Virus record (IMG/VR): IMGVR_UViG_3300012041_000057
Span: 1-27,530 of that record
DNA length: 27,530 bases
Direction: 5' to 3' (one strand)
Source: a virus
Lineage: Duplodnaviria > Caudoviricetes
Below are positions 15,793 to 24,762 of this stretch, piece after piece (positions within the stretch are counted from its first letter, which is position 1; every line of letters starts with the position of its first letter). The notes under the pieces are model-generated. The model was given only the letters and a program-made list of their open reading frames with translations, was not told the DNA's origin and made no database searches. Position numbers and translations under genes: made by a program.

Positions 15793-16730
15793 AGAAAGAA
15801 CCGGCAACCTTACTAGACCGGGCCCGTGCTTATGTTGAGGCAATGGCTCCGGCGGTGTCCGGCGATGGTGGGGATAAACAAACCTTCAAGGTGGCGTGCC
15901 GTCTGGTTGAGTTCGGGTTGAAGCGGTCGGAAGCGGAAACTCTGATGAACGAGTATAATGCCCGCTGTCAGCCCTCGTGGTCAGCTAAGGCAATTGAGCG
16001 AAAACTGAAGTGTGCATTCCGTAAGGCCAAGCCTAACCCGAAATATACCACCCAGGAGAATAAAGAAGCAGAGGAAGAATCAAAGCTGCCACCGCTCTGG
16101 CCTAAGCCATCGGAGTGTGCCCGCAGTAAGGCGATTGCCAAGGTTGGAATTGGGTTGTCGGACTTGGCAGAGCTTTCGCCCATACGGTTTGAATTGCCGA
16201 ACACCTACGCCGTTCTTCAGATTCTATTCCCCGGCGACCCGCTGATCTGTGTTGGCAAATCCTCGTCCCAGTTCTGGACGCGAAAGCTGAGTCGCATTGG
16301 CGCCAGAGCTGAGTTTGTTCAATTCATCGTTCCCAGTCCGATGTCCAAGCAGTGGGGTAAAATCCAAGACCCCGACTCAGAAGGCCCATTCTGGAGTGAG
16401 CACACCAAGGACAACACCGGAGACAGGAGATTTGCCGTCATTGAGTTTGATACTGGCACCTCAGACGATCATGCCTCCCTACTGTGGCATCTTTCTGACT
16501 TCTACCCCCTGATAATGGCGGTCCATTCCGGTGGAAGGTCGCTTCATGGATGGTTTTATGTTCCGGGAGAGCCTGAACAGGAGATCAACAGCTTTTATCG
16601 TTACGCCGTATGGCTCGGGGCCGACCGCGCCACCCACCTCAAAAGCCAGTTTGTGCGAATGCCCGACGGCAGGCGTGATAATGGAAATCGGCAGTCAATT
16701 CACTACTTCAATCCTTCACCAATTAAATGA
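15789..16730 (+). CDS. AEP-superfamily (RepB-like) primase with N-terminal PriCT-like domain
   Basis: ATGA-coupled start. Helical ARAYV...SGDGG...CQPSWS domain, then VIEFD, HSGGRSLHGWF and GADRAT...RMPDG motifs; directly before the helicase. Confidence 0.75.
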   Translation: MKKEPATLLDRARAYVEAMAPAVSGDGGDKQTFKVACRLVEFGLKRSEAETLMNEYNARCQPSWSAKAIERKLKCAFRKAKPNPKYTTQENKEAEEESKLPPLWPKPSECARSKAIAKVGIGLSDLAELSPIRFELPNTYAVLQILFPGDPLICVGKSSSQFWTRKLSRIGARAEFVQFIVPSPMSKQWGKIQDPDSEGPFWSEHTKDNTGDRRFAVIEFDTGTSDDHASLLWHLSDFYPLIMAVHSGGRSLHGWFYVPGEPEQEINSFYRYAVWLGADRATHLKSQFVRMPDGRRDNGNRQSIHYFNPSPIK

Positions 16731-17929
16731 CAACCAAGTTGCGAGCGGTGCCAATTCCAGAGGAGACGGAAATATGGCCGGACGGCACGCCGGTTTGCGA
16801 GGAAAATGGCAACGGCGAGTACCTTGCCGGAGAGGACGAGAAGCCTGCCAAAGAAAGCATGGGCACTCGAATCACGATCAAGGAATTACTCTCCTTCGTT
16901 CCCGCCGAGGACGGCAGTACAGTGCTTGGTAATCGCTACCTTTGTAAGGGCGGAAGCTGTGTCATCATCGCCCAGACTGCCGCAGGCAAATCCTCCCTTG
17001 GGATGCAGATGGCCGTATGTTTTGCAATAGGCATCCCATTCTTCGGACTAAAACCCAAACGCCCTTTGAAGTCCGTTTATATCCAGGCTGAAAACGACCC
17101 CGGCGATACTGCTGAAATGTTCCAAGGTGTCTTAGCTGGCATGGGCCTCGTTCCCGACCCATTTGATGAGGAGGCAATTGCTCATTTGGTGGGCATTCTG
17201 GAAAAGAACCTCATTATCATCCGGGATCAAACTCACGTCGGTCCCGGCTTCGCAGCGTACGCCCGGAAACTTGTCGAAGAACACCACCCCGACCTGTTCT
17301 GGATAGACCCCATGCTCTCTTTTTACGGCGACGACATAAATGACCAGAAAGCCATGAGTCGATTTCTTCGCGCCAGCCTTAATCCCATCTCTGAAGAGAC
17401 GGGAATTGTGTGGATGTTACTCCATCACACAGGGAAGCCATCAAAAGACGCAGCCAAAACCCAGAAAAACTGGTCCTCTCGTGATTTCTCCTACATGGGC
17501 ATTGGTTCGAGCGAACTTTCCAACTGGGCCAGGGCGATCATTTGCCTCACCGCCACCTCAGAAGACGAATTCCGAATGATATTCGCAAAGCGCGGCTGGC
17601 GTGCCGGCCTTATGGATGGGCAAACCCCTGTTTCCGAGCTTAATCTGGCCTATTCCACAGACCATATTTGCTGGCGACAAATACCTAAGCCAAAAGCTAC
17701 TGAGGAAATGGAGGAGCAAATCATGGCTTTTTCCATTTTAGTCACTGAACCTATGAAAGCTTCAGCTATTGTCCGGTGGGCGTCAGAACACTTGAAGCGG
17801 GGATCGAGAACTTGCTGGTCTTTGTGGGACTCCGGGAACGGACAAATGGGCAAATACTTTGTTTGTGACGACAAAGGGCTGTATCAATGTCGCAAGCTTC
17901 AGGAGAATGTCCCATATCGGGATGATTAG
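16727..17929 (+). CDS. RepA/AAA_25-type SF4 replicative helicase
   Basis: Walker A AQTAAGKS, YIQAEND, Walker B LFWIDP, LLHHTGK, GSS..NWAR. Confidence 0.88.
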   Translation: MTTKLRAVPIPEETEIWPDGTPVCEENGNGEYLAGEDEKPAKESMGTRITIKELLSFVPAEDGSTVLGNRYLCKGGSCVIIAQTAAGKSSLGMQMAVCFAIGIPFFGLKPKRPLKSVYIQAENDPGDTAEMFQGVLAGMGLVPDPFDEEAIAHLVGILEKNLIIIRDQTHVGPGFAAYARKLVEEHHPDLFWIDPMLSFYGDDINDQKAMSRFLRASLNPISEETGIVWMLLHHTGKPSKDAAKTQKNWSSRDFSYMGIGSSELSNWARAIICLTATSEDEFRMIFAKRGWRAGLMDGQTPVSELNLAYSTDHICWRQIPKPKATEEMEEQIMAFSILVTEPMKASAIVRWASEHLKRGSRTCWSLWDSGNGQMGKYFVCDDKGLYQCRKLQENVPYRDD

Positions 17930-17934
17930 GGGTT

Positions 17935-18183
17935 ACTGCAACCACTGCAAAAGTACTGCAACAGTGCCATTGCAGTGAATTTTGTTTCTTCGTAAGTCGT
18001 TGACTATCTTCACTGCAAGGCACTGCAACGCTTGTGCAATTGCAGTGCAGTAAAAAATATCCTCCGAAAAAAAGCGCGTTTCCACCTTTAGAATCAGGCA
18101 ATTGCTCATTTTGCACAAACACTGCAGTGAGCAAAAACTCGGCTATCTGAAATATTGGGGGGCCCCCTGCACCCCCAATATTT
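17935..18183. repeat. Putative replication origin: ACTGCA/TGCAGT iterons plus inverted repeat
   Basis: ACTGCA at 17935, 17944, 17955, 18012, 18022, 18121; TGCAGT at 17971, 18041, 18046, 18123; A/T runs between; AAATATTGGGGG...CCCCCAATATTT at 18150-18183; immediately after the helicase stop. Confidence 0.7.
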
Positions 18184-18684
18184 TTACAGTAGCCTCGTTT
18201 GCTTCAACGTGTCAAGAGCAGAAATTCAAGAAAGTTTGTAATCAGTATGAGAAGCACCTAGAACCCCCTCTAAAACTCGATTTGCGCGTTTGACCCCTCC
18301 ACACAGACCCCATCCCGAAAGCGCCTAGAATCGACAGCTAGAGGGCAACGCGCCCTATTGGCGTAATCACCGACCAAAAATTCTAAGGTCTGAATTTAGC
18401 CTCGGAATGACCGGATCGGTCTTCGAACCCGACTTTTTGGAAAACTTCCCAAAAACCAAGCGCTGTTAAAAGGGGAGGGTACCCCTTATCGCATCACCCC
18501 GTCAAAAAGCCCCCTGCCGGGTAGGGGGTGTGGGGTGGTCTTGGCCTGGGAAAAGGATTGTTATTTTCACGCAATGATCTGGTGAATAGCCTTTTGCGTC
18601 GCGCGGTCCGATCCGCATATCGTTTCTCAATATGTATGCACAACAATGATTATGGTTAATCGGCAGTATCTCCAGCTTAACAAC

Positions 18685-19152
18685 TTACGTAGAACTTGAT
18701 AAGTCAGGCTGAATCAGCACCTCACTGAACGGGTCACAAGTCACAGGCTGAGGTGTTGCTAGCTCGACCTGAGGCTGCGCCGGCTGTGGCTCAGCGTAAA
18801 TCCGGTCGCGTTTGGGCTTTCCTATTGCTGGTTTGGCCACGCTTGGCTTGTGTCGGTTGGATAAGCTCCATTCCTGGGCGTCAAGGCGAGTTCCAGCCTC
18901 GACCAACTCCTTTAACCTCTTGCCATCAGGGTTCTTGGCTGCTTCTTTTGTTACTTCCGCATCGATCATGTCCAATTGTTTCCTAACGCGCATGAGTCTG
19001 GTCTTACGATAGTCATCAGACTCATCGGCAGGCAGCGTGCTAATTTCTTGCCTTTGCTCGCATGGCTTTGGTTTGTTTCTGGCAGACTCAGGACTGTGCG
19101 ATTTCAGAGCGTGGATTCTGGCAGTTTCCGGCGTGAACAGCAACGTTGGCAT
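18685..19152 (-). CDS. Putative terminase small subunit
   Basis: 155 aa; N-terminal FTPETAR motif, helical core, disordered P/Q tail; followed by a noncoding G/C-tract region. No decisive motif. Confidence 0.45.
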   Translation of the reverse strand: MPTLLFTPETARIHALKSHSPESARNKPKPCEQRQEISTLPADESDDYRKTRLMRVRKQLDMIDAEVTKEAAKNPDGKRLKELVEAGTRLDAQEWSLSNRHKPSVAKPAIGKPKRDRIYAEPQPAQPQVELATPQPVTCDPFSEVLIQPDLSSST

Positions 19153-19262
19153 ATCTCCGCTAAAATGCCGCTATTTCGTGCAGAATCAAGCTAGAACGTG
19201 TTATGCCATGATTTTTGCGGGATTCTTGCATGGAAACATTGGGGTTTCTGCGGGAGAACTGC

Positions 19263-19298
19263 ACAACAAAAGTCCCCCGAGCTTTCGGCAACGGGGGA
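19263..19298 (-). terminator. Rho-independent terminator
   Basis: Minus strand TCCCCCG-N12-CGGGGGA-CTTTTGTTGT downstream of 19339..19581. Confidence 0.6.
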
Positions 19299-19338
19299 TC
19301 GTGGAAATTGTTAGTCTACTGTCACCGAGCGGCGGGAT

Positions 19339-19581
19339 TCATGCCGGGAGTGTGTAGCAGCCGGTTTCTTCCCCGCCAGTGTTCACGCCTTTGATTGTCA
19401 CCAGCCCGAAGTTGTCCCGGCAGAGTCCGGCGACACAGGCAGCCATTCCGCCTTGGATTGCCATGCTCCAGTTCGCTGCTGTGCCTCGGCTGATTTTGCC
19501 AGTAGCGAGCAGATGGTTTGCGACTTGTGCGATTGATTTGAATTGTTTCGTTTTCATGGCTACAGACATCGCGCTTTTCAT
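19339..19581 (-). CDS. Hypothetical protein
   Basis: AAAGGA SD upstream; lies between promoter and terminator. Confidence 0.6.
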   Translation of the reverse strand: MKSAMSVAMKTKQFKSIAQVANHLLATGKISRGTAANWSMAIQGGMAACVAGLCRDNFGLVTIKGVNTGGEETGCYTLPA

Positions 19582-19629
19582 ATACTCTTTTCCTTTTCGT
19601 TTTTGGGGTGGTTGGTTTGTGCGCCCTTC

Positions 19630-19722
19630 GCCACTCTATACTTTCACCCACTCATGTCAACATCTATTTTACATCCTATGTGAAATACTTGTTGACACAT
19701 TCACTGTGTGCTGTCAAAGTCT
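19630..19722. promoter_or_regulatory. Back-to-back promoters within a long imperfect inverted repeat
   Basis: TGTCAACA-TC-TATTTTACAT-CCT-ATGTGAAATA-CT-TGTTGACA (19655-19697); TTGACA points outward on both strands. Confidence 0.7.
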
Positions 19723-19745
19723 TTGGTGAAAGGGAAAACTAGAAT

Positions 19746-20027
19746 ATGACAAAACTTCTAAAGCCGGTATCCCGCGAGACTGCCAAGCGTTACGGTTCGC
19801 GGAATGTGATTGTGACACTCGCTCCGGCTGGTAGTCAGTCGGAAGCCCTGATCGGACTACGCCTCAAGGGCAAGCGCACGCAATACGTATGCGCCCTGTC
19901 GGACATTTATCGCATGGCTGCCCTGTGGTATGGGCAGAAGCTTGCAGCAGCCAAGCGCGCGGCACGCGAGGCTGGCGTGTCGTGGAAGATTGCAAAGCGG
20001 CAATTCAACAACTCGAATTCAATATGA
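19746..20027 (+). CDS. Hypothetical basic protein
   Basis: 93 aa, first gene after the promoter. Confidence 0.7.
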   Translation: MTKLLKPVSRETAKRYGSRNVIVTLAPAGSQSEALIGLRLKGKRTQYVCALSDIYRMAALWYGQKLAAAKRAAREAGVSWKIAKRQFNNSNSI

Positions 20028-20067
20028 AGATCATCAACCATAACCCGGTCCGAAACGAAAGAAACAA

Positions 20068-20301
20068 ATGAAATACTCAGTCAAGACACTACGCGAAGCC
20101 GGACTCGAAGCCCGGTGGACTCACAACCGCAACGGTGCTCCCATCATCGTCGCCCGTGACCCGCAAGCCCGCAGTGAACACCAGCGCAAGACGTGGTGGC
20201 ACGTCGGGCAAACCATGTGGGACACGATGAAGGAAGTCGGCATCAAGGAAGCGTTCGACCGGCACACGCTGCTGGGCGACATCTTTAGCGTCCCGGCATG
20301 A
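20068..20301 (+). CDS. Hypothetical protein
   Basis: 77-aa ORF with an A-rich leader. Confidence 0.7.
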   Translation: MKYSVKTLREAGLEARWTHNRNGAPIIVARDPQARSEHQRKTWWHVGQTMWDTMKEVGIKEAFDRHTLLGDIFSVPA

Positions 20302-20375
20302 TACCCTGGCCAGGGCGTCCGCCCGGCGTGCTAACAGCTAACCCAATCACTCTAAAAAGGAAACATGAAAACTTC

Positions 20376-20445
20376 CCCCGCTCCGTGCATCCTCTCCTTT
20401 CCCCGGGATTGTCAGCCTGGGTTTTACGGGGTGCGCGGTGCGGGG
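20376..20445 (+). ncRNA. Structured intergenic RNA hairpin with internal loop
   Basis: 18-bp stem 20376-20393/20428-20445 with three G-U pairs and one mismatch; inner stem CCCGGG/CCTGGG. Confidence 0.5.
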
Positions 20446-20464
20446 TTAAAGGATTAAAACAGCT

Positions 20465-21325
20465 ATGAATAACCAAGAAGTGGCCCACTTGTGGGCTAAC
20501 CAGTCACGGGAACGCGCGAAAGGTTCATCCTTCTATTTTGAAGGCGACACGATCTACAGCTATGGCAGTCACTTTCCGATTGCCCGGCATTACAAGGGAG
20601 TGATCCTGTTCACAACCAAGGACTATTCCCGCACGACGGCCAGGCACAAGTCAGAAACGCTTTCCGCTTGTTCGCACAAAACCGTGTTTCAAGTGGTCAA
20701 TCCCGCAAGCGACCCGAGCGGCGCGGATGTAAAAAACTACGCTGGGCAAATTGCCGATCTTTCCACGAAGGCAGCCAGAGCGAGAACCTCCGACTTCGTG
20801 CTTAAGATGCTACAAAGCGAAGTGGACGAAGCGAATTCATTTTGTGAGCGGTTTGGTTTCAAGACTCGCTTTACGATGCCGGATAACATTGATGAGTTGA
20901 AAGCGAAAGCCAGGGCATCGGCAGAGCGTGAGCGGAAACAAAAGGCGGCAGCCGATGCAAAGTTTGAACGTGAGGCGCAAGAAGTAATCGCCCAATGGAA
21001 AAGCGGCGAATTGACCGGCTCGCTTTCACACAGGATTGAAAAGGTTTATCTGCGAGCCTTGGCCGTCCTTGATGATTCACTTCCGCTTGGTGGCTCAATG
21101 AACATGGAAACCAGCAAAGGCGCCCGCGTGGCACTCAGCGAAGCCGAACGCGCTTTCCGCTTTTGCATCATCGCCCGCGCCCGTGGCTGGCATCGCAACG
21201 GGGATCAGTTCAAGGTTGGCGACTACCAACTGGACGCGGTAAACGAGCAAGGCGTTGTCGCCGGGTGTCATCGCATCGGCTGGGATGAAATTGAACGATT
21301 TGCCAAAACACAAGGCTGGCTATGA
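20465..21325 (+). CDS. Phage early-region hypothetical protein
   Basis: 286 aa; AAAGGA SD; IYSYGSHFPIA and YSRTTARH N-terminal domain, coiled-coil middle. Confidence 0.85.
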   Translation: MNNQEVAHLWANQSRERAKGSSFYFEGDTIYSYGSHFPIARHYKGVILFTTKDYSRTTARHKSETLSACSHKTVFQVVNPASDPSGADVKNYAGQIADLSTKAARARTSDFVLKMLQSEVDEANSFCERFGFKTRFTMPDNIDELKAKARASAERERKQKAAADAKFEREAQEVIAQWKSGELTGSLSHRIEKVYLRALAVLDDSLPLGGSMNMETSKGARVALSEAERAFRFCIIARARGWHRNGDQFKVGDYQLDAVNEQGVVAGCHRIGWDEIERFAKTQGWL

Positions 21326-21537
21326 GACTGTTTCCGATTACCAGCAAGAAGTACAAGTGTGACCGCTGCGGGCACATTGAGGAGAAGTCAACGAATCACT
21401 ACGGCGATACATGGAGCAGTGGACGGTTTAACACCTGCCCCCAATGCCCACCTTGGGCCAAGTATCCGGAATTTGGAGGAGCTACAACTTGGACGTGTCT
21501 AGAGGAGCCGCCAGAGTCACAATCCATAAGAATATGA
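21322..21537 (+). CDS. Zinc-ribbon protein
   Basis: CDRCG...CPQC; ATGA-coupled. Confidence 0.7.
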   Translation: MRLFPITSKKYKCDRCGHIEEKSTNHYGDTWSSGRFNTCPQCPPWAKYPEFGGATTWTCLEEPPESQSIRI

Positions 21538-21686
21538 CCGCTCAACTTCCGATCTGGGCCGAACTAATCGCCCTGGTATTCAGTGGCGTTCTGATCTCGC
21601 TGTTTCTAGGCGGCTTGATGGCCTGCAAAAAGTGTTCCGACTGTGGACGGCAGATGTGCAAGTGTAAACGAAAGGCAACGAAATGA
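21534..21686 (+). CDS. Small membrane protein with Cys-rich tail
   Basis: ATGA-coupled at 21534; one TM segment then CKKCSDC..CKC. Confidence 0.6.
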   Translation: MTAQLPIWAELIALVFSGVLISLFLGGLMACKKCSDCGRQMCKCKRKATK

Positions 21687-21991
21687 AAAACATTGGAGGC
21701 TCAATACTGCCGTCAAGTTCCCCTGAAATCCTGAAACCGCTTAAATTCAAAAGCGCAGTGTGGGCTGGCAATCTTCAGGTGACACCCAACGAGAAAAAAG
21801 ACACTCATGAATTATTTCTTATCAACGGCGACGAGCGACAGCTCTTAGCGTCACACCCAAATGGCTTCTCATGCTTTGAACTAGCCAAGCGGATGGCTGC
21901 CCGCGAAAGGATGCGATCGTGTGAGCAGGCTACTTATATCATTGCGTGCGGTGGAAGCGTAACCGCGCTAGGAGCGTCATTATCCTTATGA
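21683..21991 (+). CDS. Hypothetical protein
   Basis: 102 aa, ATGA-coupled at both ends. Confidence 0.65.
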   Translation: MKNIGGSILPSSSPEILKPLKFKSAVWAGNLQVTPNEKKDTHELFLINGDERQLLASHPNGFSCFELAKRMAARERMRSCEQATYIIACGGSVTALGASLSL

Positions 21992-22152
21992 TCTACCGCC
22001 ATAGCAGCCAACGCCGTCTGGTCAGAATGTGGGGCAAGCTTTGGCGCACCATGAAGCAACGCAGGGACCGCAAGGGCATGGCCTTCGCAAAAGAGCGTGC
22101 CGGAATCTGGCGGGAGTATGTTAACCGTATGGAAGCGATGGAAAAGAATTGA
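21988..22152 (+). CDS. Small basic protein
   Basis: ATGA-coupled start at 21988. Confidence 0.55.
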   Translation: MIYRHSSQRRLVRMWGKLWRTMKQRRDRKGMAFAKERAGIWREYVNRMEAMEKN

Positions 22153-22199
22153 CACCCCATGAGATAGTTATTGACACTGAGCGGTGAAACATGCAGACT
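22149..22199 (+). promoter_or_regulatory. Promoter with tandem TTGACA boxes
   Basis: TTGACA at 22149 and 22171; the second is followed by N17-CAGACT, 10 nt before ATG 22210. Confidence 0.55.
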
Positions 22200-22209
22200 C
22201 TTAAAGAAT

Positions 22210-22824
22210 ATGACAACGATCCAACCAACGAGAGAAGTTGCAATCAAAGTAAATCGGCTTTTGAGCCACGGTCTGGTAAAGGGAATGGGGGTTCAAGAAC
22301 CCGGCAAAATGTGTATTGAGGCTGCTGTGTGCTGTGCCCTTGGCCTCCCACATTCCGACGATCCGGCATGCGTCTCACGCGCTGTTCGTTCCTTCAAAAT
22401 CACACTCAACGACGCCAATTGGTCGGGCAATATAGCCCGAGCGAAAGGCTTGCAAAGGATGGCAGTCGCCCAGCTTGGCAGCGACGGAATAGACGAATCT
22501 CTGTTCGTCAAAGAACTGGCCTTGTCATGTGTTCGCAAGATTGTTCCAATTGCGCTCCGAGCGGCTGCAAGGCTTCAAAACACAGAGCATTGTGAAAAGC
22601 TCAATGCGGAGGCTTTGAAGTGTGAAGCGGCCACAGTGGATAATATGAAAGACGCTGCTTACTCTGCTGCTCGCGCTGCTGGCGCTGCTGCTTACTCTGC
22701 TGCTGACGCTGCTGACGCTGCTGCTGACGAAGTTCTTTCACTCATGGCTGAATGTGGAGTTGAAGCCCTGATTAAGTGCAAATCACCGGGCTGTGAATGG
22801 TTGGATGTTTGCAAACCTTTTTAA
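22210..22824 (+). CDS. Hypothetical protein with Ala-rich xAA repeats
   Basis: MCIEAAV...HSDDPACV...LND N-terminus; DAAYSAARAAGAAAYSAADAADAAAD tract. Confidence 0.8.
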   Translation: MTTIQPTREVAIKVNRLLSHGLVKGMGVQEPGKMCIEAAVCCALGLPHSDDPACVSRAVRSFKITLNDANWSGNIARAKGLQRMAVAQLGSDGIDESLFVKELALSCVRKIVPIALRAAARLQNTEHCEKLNAEALKCEAATVDNMKDAAYSAARAAGAAAYSAADAADAAADEVLSLMAECGVEALIKCKSPGCEWLDVCKPF

Positions 22825-22825
22825 T

Positions 22826-23044
22826 ATGACCGACAATTTCATTTTGAAACAACGCATGGTTCGCCGTCTCAAGGCGACGGACGCAGGAAATGGGAGGCCG
22901 ATGACCTGCGATGCAATCGCCAGGGAGATGGGCCTGTCGACTGGCAAGAGCGCACACTATTACGCGGGCGACATGAAAGGCCGGTGTCCGTGTTGTTGCA
23001 GGCCATTAGTGAAGATCACGGCAAGAAAAGAAATCAAATTATGA
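22826..23044 (+). CDS. HTH protein with C-terminal Cys cluster
   Basis: MTCDAIAREMGLSTGKSAHYY, then CPCC. Confidence 0.65.
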   Translation: MTDNFILKQRMVRRLKATDAGNGRPMTCDAIAREMGLSTGKSAHYYAGDMKGRCPCCCRPLVKITARKEIKL

Positions 23045-23853
23045 GTAATGAAACCACCACCGCAGTCGTCAAGGCTGCCCCACGAGAGGTCAAAATCGTC
23101 CAAGACAACAGCGAGATTGCCTATTTGATGGACTCGGCCCGCTTTGAACACGTCTATCGCATCGCCGGCGCCATGGCTCGCGCCAGCCTGATCCCCAAGC
23201 ACCTCAAGGGTGACAGCTTCGAGCAAACCCAGGCAAATTGCTTCCTGGTCGTCAACCAAGCAATGCGCTGGAGGCTTGACCCATTCGCCATCGTTCCCGA
23301 GACTTACGAGGTGGGTGGGAAGCTGGCGTTTCAAGGCAAGCTGGTGGCAGCGGTCATAAACGCTCGTGGTGGCCTTGCAGAGCGCCTAAGCTACACTTTT
23401 AACGACGCCAAGGGCGACGGGCTGGAGGTGACGGTATCGGGCAGGCTGGAGGGCGAAGAAAAGGCCAGAACCGTCACTGTGAATGTCGGGCAGGCCAAGA
23501 CGACGAATCAGATGTGGTCAAAAGACCCTCACCAAAAGCTGATCTACACTGGGGCTGTAAAGTGGGCACGACGGCACAAGCCAGAGGTGATTTTGGGGGT
23601 GCTGACCGACGACGACGCTGAGGTTATTCGTGAGGAACAGCGGTTTATCGCAGCGACCCCAATAATCAAGACACCAGAGTTCCCCGAGCCACCCATGCTG
23701 ACCGCGCCAACCCCTGCCGCCAAGCGCAAGAGTGCCGAAAAGGCACCTGAACCGATGGTTGCGACTCCAAAACCAGAAACCGATTCTATTCCACCTAAGG
23801 AAACCAATGATGGCCGAGACGAATCAAGATCGGAAAGGAAGGTGGATTTATGA
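23041..23853 (+). CDS. recT: RecT/Red-beta-like single-strand annealing protein
   Basis: IPKHLKG...ANCFLVVNQAMRWRLDPFAI...GKLAFQGKLVAAVIN...WSKDPHQKLIY...WARRHKPEVILGV; ATGA-coupled. Confidence 0.85.
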   Translation: MSNETTTAVVKAAPREVKIVQDNSEIAYLMDSARFEHVYRIAGAMARASLIPKHLKGDSFEQTQANCFLVVNQAMRWRLDPFAIVPETYEVGGKLAFQGKLVAAVINARGGLAERLSYTFNDAKGDGLEVTVSGRLEGEEKARTVTVNVGQAKTTNQMWSKDPHQKLIYTGAVKWARRHKPEVILGVLTDDDAEVIREEQRFIAATPIIKTPEFPEPPMLTAPTPAAKRKSAEKAPEPMVATPKPETDSIPPKETNDGRDESRSERKVDL

Positions 23854-24014
23854 AACCAATCCCCCGCGACTTCTGGTATCTTCTCGTCATCGCTTTATTG
23901 GTGGCGCTGATAGTCAGCCTGTCCCTTCAACTTCACACCTCCCGCCTGAACGAACTGGAATTGTCGCGGAAGCTCTATCAAGCCGTAAGAAACCAAAGGA
24001 TTGTTGTGCCATGA
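23850..24014 (+). CDS. Small membrane protein (54 aa)
   Basis: MKPIPRDFWYLLVIALLVALIVSLSL...; ATGA overlaps at both ends. Confidence 0.6.
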   Translation: MKPIPRDFWYLLVIALLVALIVSLSLQLHTSRLNELELSRKLYQAVRNQRIVVP

Positions 24015-24241
24015 GCGAACTGAAAATCTGGCCCAGCGATTTGTTAGATGACATGGTGCGAAAACTCCACCATGTCGCAACAATAGACGACACTGTAAGA
24101 CTGCTGGTGCAACAACACGGAGTCGGTGCTCTGAACGATCCCGATGCGATGGCATACCTCGTGAGCTACCTGCTCGACCAGCGCACAAACCAAATCAACC
24201 ATGAAAACAAAGTGGCCGAAGCATTTAGCCGCCACCGCTAA
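24011..24241 (+). CDS. Hypothetical protein
   Basis: ATGA-coupled start within track ORF 23732..24241. Confidence 0.55.
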   Translation: MSELKIWPSDLLDDMVRKLHHVATIDDTVRLLVQQHGVGALNDPDAMAYLVSYLLDQRTNQINHENKVAEAFSRHR

Positions 24242-24250
24242 TCCGGGCTA

Positions 24251-24421
24251 ATGAAACACATCGAATGGCAGGACGCAATGCGGATACTCCGAAATATGAA
24301 AGAGATTCTGTGCCGAGATGCTGGAATAAAAGGACACATTGTTCCAGAATACATCGAAAATGAGATTGATGAATTGATGTGGCAAATCTTCCCAAAAGGA
24401 AGCCGCTCAATCTTCGATTAA
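24251..24421 (+). CDS. Hypothetical protein (56 aa)
   Basis: MKHIEWQDAMRILRNMKEIL...; fills the gap; below the track cutoff. Confidence 0.5.
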   Translation: MKHIEWQDAMRILRNMKEILCRDAGIKGHIVPEYIENEIDELMWQIFPKGSRSIFD

Positions 24422-24438
24422 AATCAAACGATTAAGCT

Positions 24439-24762
24439 ATGCGCTTTCGTATATTAGCCCTAACTCTCGCTGCCTTAATCGGCAGCCCAGCGGCATACTC
24501 CGACGAGCAACCGCCCAAGTCAGAGTCGTGGCTGGCCATCTGCGTCGTCGCTGTTTGCGGAGTCCAAGATGCACCCGCACAGCATCCAGACCCCACCAAC
24601 CGGGTTGAGCTTGCCGCGAGCGAGCCGTTAAAGATCAAAGTCCAAGCCTCTCAGGATGGCAGGAATTGGGCTACAGTCAACGAGCAGGTTTGTGACTTGG
24701 AAGATTTCGTTTATTACCCGACGAACGCCGCAATGTATCGGTTGGAGGTGAGAATAAGATGA
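24439..24762 (+). CDS. Secreted protein
   Basis: Sec-type signal peptide MRFRILALTLAALIGSPAAYS; C-terminal VQASQDGRNW...YRL motif. Confidence 0.7.
   Translation: MRFRILALTLAALIGSPAAYSDEQPPKSESWLAICVVAVCGVQDAPAQHPDPTNRVELAASEPLKIKVQASQDGRNWATVNEQVCDLEDFVYYPTNAAMYRLEVRIR

Noticed and set aside
16031-16037. GCCTAAC inside the primase gene
   Set aside because: No paired arms or GTT partner; chance match.
18400-18440. TTCGAACCC, resembling a tRNA T-loop
   Set aside because: No acceptor, D or anticodon arms could be built.
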